The position numbers were made by a program, and so were the translations under genes. A stretch of DNA of 64,000 nucleotides from Eledone cirrhosa (lineage: Eukaryota), in contig OZ024758.1 of assembly GCA_964016885.1 (NCBI GenBank), positions 10,230,001 through 10,294,000 on the forward strand, written 5' to 3'. Position 1 is the stretch's first letter; the number at the start of each line of letters is the position of its first letter. The notes beneath the pieces are model-generated. The model had not been told where the DNA came from. It was given only the letters and a program-made list of their open reading frames with translations, and did not search any database. Below, piece after piece: positions 58,848 through 64,000 of this stretch.

Positions 58848-59157
58848 TTTTGTCAAAAAAGAAGAGAGAGAAAAAAAGAGAGATGTTGTGTAAGTAAACA
58901 GTTCGTTAATCAAAGAAGAAACATTACACTAGTTATAAATAATAAAATTACACCCAAAGAAGGTTATGTACATATCAGCCTGTTGCCTTCTTTCTTCTTT
59001 ATTGACCCTTTTTTTAAAATTTATTGTAATATTTTCTCAATCTATCTATATTTCTCCCTTTTCGTCTCTTGGCATCCTCATTATTTCCATATTGCTGGCA
59101 GCTGTTCTATTCAATTGTCTTTGAAATATACACACCTCCATGCTTTTTGTCTTTCTG

Positions 59158-59198
<41 letters not shown>

Positions 59199-59707
59199 AC
59201 ACACACACACCTTTCTCCTATGTGCATCTGTTCCACCAAATTCTATTCGAACCAACACCAGGCAAGCTAGAAATATAAGAAAAAAATCCCATCGAGGAAA
59301 GATGAAAAGTCATAGTTTACCTCAGTACGATTAGAACTCGGAATGTACAGGGTCGTAACTAAATACCACAGGACATTCTATCGGACGCTCTAATCATTCT
59401 GCCAACCCATCGTTTGTCAATTAAAATATTGGTCATACCCTAGATAACTTAATGCATTCCTATTTGGTATCGTTCCTTACATTTCCGTCTTTAAACTCAA
59501 CCTGATCAATTCAGTCCCAGCGCTACAATAATCACATTCAATCATTTATATCCCTTTTTATCCCGTTTAATTGGTTTCAGTAACTAGACTACGGTTATAC
59601 TGGGAAACCGTCTTAAGAGGTTGTAGTCTATCTAACCTAGTACTTAATTTATCGATCTCATTTGGTCGATGTCATGGAACATAAAATCCGTAAACGTTTA
59701 TTAGACG

Positions 59708-59777
<70 letters not shown>

Positions 59778-59867
59778 CCATCGACTTTCGTCAAATCGGA
59801 CCGAGGAAACAATGTTTTCGTAGGTCTTTCCACTTGCTAATACTATCCATCGGTCGCAACTCCAGGT

Positions 59868-59985
59868 AAAAGGAGCAACGTGAAATAAAGTGTCTTGCTC
59901 AAGGACATAACGCATCGCCCGGTCCAGGAATCGAACTCACAACCTCTAGATTGTGAATCCAATTCTCTAATCACTCAGCCACATC
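59868..59985 (-). mobile_element. Old tRNA-derived SINE (third family)
   Basis: Reverse strand has B box gagttcgattcc and core ttgagcaagacactttatttcacgttgctcc. Relatives at ~6305-6420, 30213-30345, 33720-33840 and 34343-34460. Confidence 0.6.
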
Positions 59986-60139
59986 CATATCCACCATCTA
60001 GACATACACACTTATATATGTACACTCACACGTACATCTTTTCGGAGTCAATAAAATAAAGCACCAGTCGATGCTAAGGGTTGATACAATCGACTTTTCG
60101 CCCTCAAAAAACTGTAGGCCTTGTGTTGAAATTAGAAAT

Positions 60140-60585
60140 CTTTGCCTTTCATCCTTACGGGGTCGATAAAATAAAGTACCAGTAATACACTGAGATAATT
60201 GCTGGCCTTGTGCCAAGAGTAGAAACAATTATTTTATCAATGACAGGTTAACTTTGCCTTTCATCCTTACGGGGTCGATAAAATAAAAGTACCAGTAATA
60301 CACTGAGATAATTGCTGGCCTTGTGCCAAAAGTAGAAACAATTATTTTATCAATGACAGGTTAACTTTGCCTTTCATCCTTACGGGGTCGATAAAATAAA
60401 AGTACCAGTAATACACTGAGATAATTGCTGGCCTTGTGCCAAAAGTAGAAACAATTATTTTATCAATGACAGGTTAACTTTGCCTTTCATCCTTACGGGG
60501 TCGATAAAATAAAAGTACCAGTAATACACTGATTTAATTGCTGGCCTTGTGCCAAAAGTAGAAACAATTATTTTATCAATGACAA
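60140..60585 (+). repeat. Tandem array (~4 x 113 bp) of the SINE 3' half
   Basis: Units start at ~60140, 60252, 60365 and 60478 and are nearly identical. Confidence 0.9.
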
Positions 60586-60823
60586 ATCAAGACAATTGCA
60601 ATAATTAAGAAATCAATTTTTCCCTGGATTTGATGATCAACCTATCAGGTGTCTTAAACCAGTCACACAATAAAGAAGAGGTATGCAATTAAGAGGAATA
60701 CACACACTCACGTACACTCACTCACACACTCACACACACACACATATATATATATACACATAGAGACACACACACATATATATATATACACATAGACACA
60801 CACACATATATATATACACATAG

Positions 60824-60856
<33 letters not shown>

Positions 60857-60863
60857 CACATAG

Positions 60864-60904
<41 letters not shown>

Positions 60905-60945
60905 GACACACACGCACACATATATATATATATATATACACATAA

Positions 60946-61053
<108 letters not shown>

Positions 61054-61449
61054 CGCGTGCACGCGCAATGCAATCGAGAGAAACGAGAGAGAGATAGACA
61101 GAGAGAGAGAGAGAGAGGGAGTGATACAGACAGGAAGAAGTGATACATACATACACACATACACACATACATACACACATACACACATCATACACACATA
61201 CATACGTACATACATACATACACACATACATACACACATACACACATACATACATACATACATACATTCATACATACATACACACACACATACACACATA
61301 CACACATACACACATACATACACACATACATACATACACTCAGTGGCCTGTATATTAGGTACAAGATGAACCAACTGAACTTATATCACTGCTTCTTACA
61401 TAAACATGTATTTGTTGTTAGTCTGTAGCCCCCCCTCTCTCTCTCTCTC

Positions 61450-61663
<214 letters not shown>

Positions 61664-61673
61664 CTACATATAC

Positions 61674-61831
<158 letters not shown>

Positions 61832-61967
61832 ATATATATATATATATAGTATTATTCCGGGCTCTCCCATTTTCTCTTCCTTTCTCTCTCTTCCTCTCTA
61901 TATTTCTCTGTATCATTGACTGTGTCTGGCTATCTGTCTCACCGTTTGATTTATATATATATATATA

Positions 61968-61999
<32 letters not shown>

Positions 62000-62000
62000 C

Positions 62001-62082
<82 letters not shown>

Positions 62083-62211
62083 ACACACACATGTATATAG
62101 ATATCTATTTATTTATTGATATGTATACACTAACACATACATACATCTACTTAAATATATATATATATAAATATACACACACACACTACACATATATATA
62201 TACATACATAC

Positions 62212-62266
<55 letters not shown>

Positions 62267-62356
62267 TGTATATAGATATCTATTTATTTATTGATATGTA
62301 TACACTAACACATACATACATATACTTAAATATATATATATATAAACACCCACACC

Positions 62357-62388
<32 letters not shown>

Positions 62389-62405
62389 CATGTATATATA
62401 TATAT

Positions 62406-62459
<54 letters not shown>

Positions 62460-62527
62460 GCACATGTATATAGATATCTATTTATTTATTGATATGTATA
62501 CGCTAACACATACATACATATACTTAA

Positions 62528-62595
<68 letters not shown>

Positions 62596-63006
62596 GTTTA
62601 CACACAGACACACACACACACACATATATATATGTATATATATATATATATATTATTATAATCTTTGTTGCTATCTATTACTGGATGTTATCATTACTAA
62701 TTGTGTTGAACACCACATGCAGACAACGCTGTATGACTTTCTTCCGGTAGCTATACAACGAGCAATTGAGTTGGTGCCGCTGTTTAAACGGCATTACTGT
62801 GGATCACACTGACAAGATCGACAAATGAGTGTTATATAGGCTAGTAAAAGGGGGGAGGAAGCAAGAAAGGGGGGAGGGAGCAAGAAGGTCTGGTTGGGGA
62901 TGGGTTAGGGCATTTTTTTTTTTTTTTAGCACTTCTGCATTCCCTCAGTTTCATAACAAAGTGCTATTTCGCGGCCTATTTACACAGATGTGTATGCTGC
63001 TTGCGC

Positions 63007-63093
<87 letters not shown>

Positions 63094-63218
63094 CGTATAG
63101 TTATGTATCCATACACACACAGACACACACACACACGTGTACATGTATGTATGCATATGCACATATAGTTATGTATCCATACACACACAGACACACACAC
63201 ATACACACACACGTGTAC

Positions 63219-63254
<36 letters not shown>

Positions 63255-63641
63255 CATTCTTTTTTTCAAATACCACTTTGAAAGAAGAATCAGGATGGAG
63301 AGAGAGAGGTGCTGTACCCCAGCAAGTTTTATGAAAGGTGGCTGAAAGTGGCGAGAATGGCCCGAGTGAATGGGCCTTCTCTCTATATCAGCCTGTAGGT
63401 TGAGGAAAAGGAGGAGGAGAGGAAAGGAGTACAAACTCTTCGTACTCCTGGAGATGAGGGTTGCACATTTTTTTCGGGGGTATGTGTTAGGTTACCCATA
63501 TGAAATGTCTCCCCCTATTGGGGAAAATCGACTAATTTTTTTAAATTCCATTTATGATAACATTTTACACGTTTTTATTGTATGTAAACTTCCCCCTTTG
63601 TATTTGTCCCCTTCTTTTGTGCCCCTGTGGCTAATAAAGAA

Positions 63642-63642
<1 letters not shown>
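63255..63642 (+). mobile_element. 5'-truncated Tx1-like LINE 3' end in (TCTA)n
   Basis: With frameshift correction it reads FKYH..RRIRMEREVLYPSKFYERWLKVARMARVNGPSLYISL*, resembling Tx1 ORF2 ends as I recall them. The UTR ends ctgtggctAATAAAgaaa, with (TCTA)n on both flanks. Confidence 0.55.
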
Positions 63643-63728
<86 letters not shown>

Positions 63729-63789
63729 CATGCTTGCAAGTGTGAATGTATGAATGCATGGGAGTATATCACGCCGCTCACTCCCCCCC

Positions 63790-63838
<49 letters not shown>

Positions 63839-64000
63839 GAGAGAGAGAGATAGTTAGGAAGAGAGAAAGAGATCTGCATATATGCCACGTAGCAGAGATG
63901 CACAGTGCTCATTACTTCTCTGTATAAGGTTCATGGAGTGCATTATACTGTGATGTAATACATATGCAAGATAATACGGTCAACATGCATGTAAAAACAT

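Overview
AT-rich, microsatellite-dense animal genomic DNA. The SINE families and repeat landscape suggest an octopus (inference, not a database result). The one well-supported gene is a Prrx paired-like homeobox gene on the minus strand. Its homeobox exon (30691-30878) is missed by the ORF track, its terminal exon with the OAR motif is at 24738-25076, and I did not find exon 1 in the window. The first ~6 kb looks like a long 3' UTR of a convergent + strand gene (weak). Nearly all other listed ORFs are translated microsatellites. The most striking pattern is that different microsatellite classes carry different retroelements. (TA)n tracts hold short, often fold-back inserts with minimal type I hammerhead ribozyme motifs (Penelope-like pLTR remnants). 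(CATA)n/(TATG)n tracts hold R4-like RLE LINE 3' ends and bipartite RTE-derived non-autonomous elements. (TCTA)n tracts hold Tx1-like LINE ends. Tc1/mariner remnants, tRNA-derived SINEs and minisatellites are also present. Repeat boundaries were read by eye and are approximate to a few bases.
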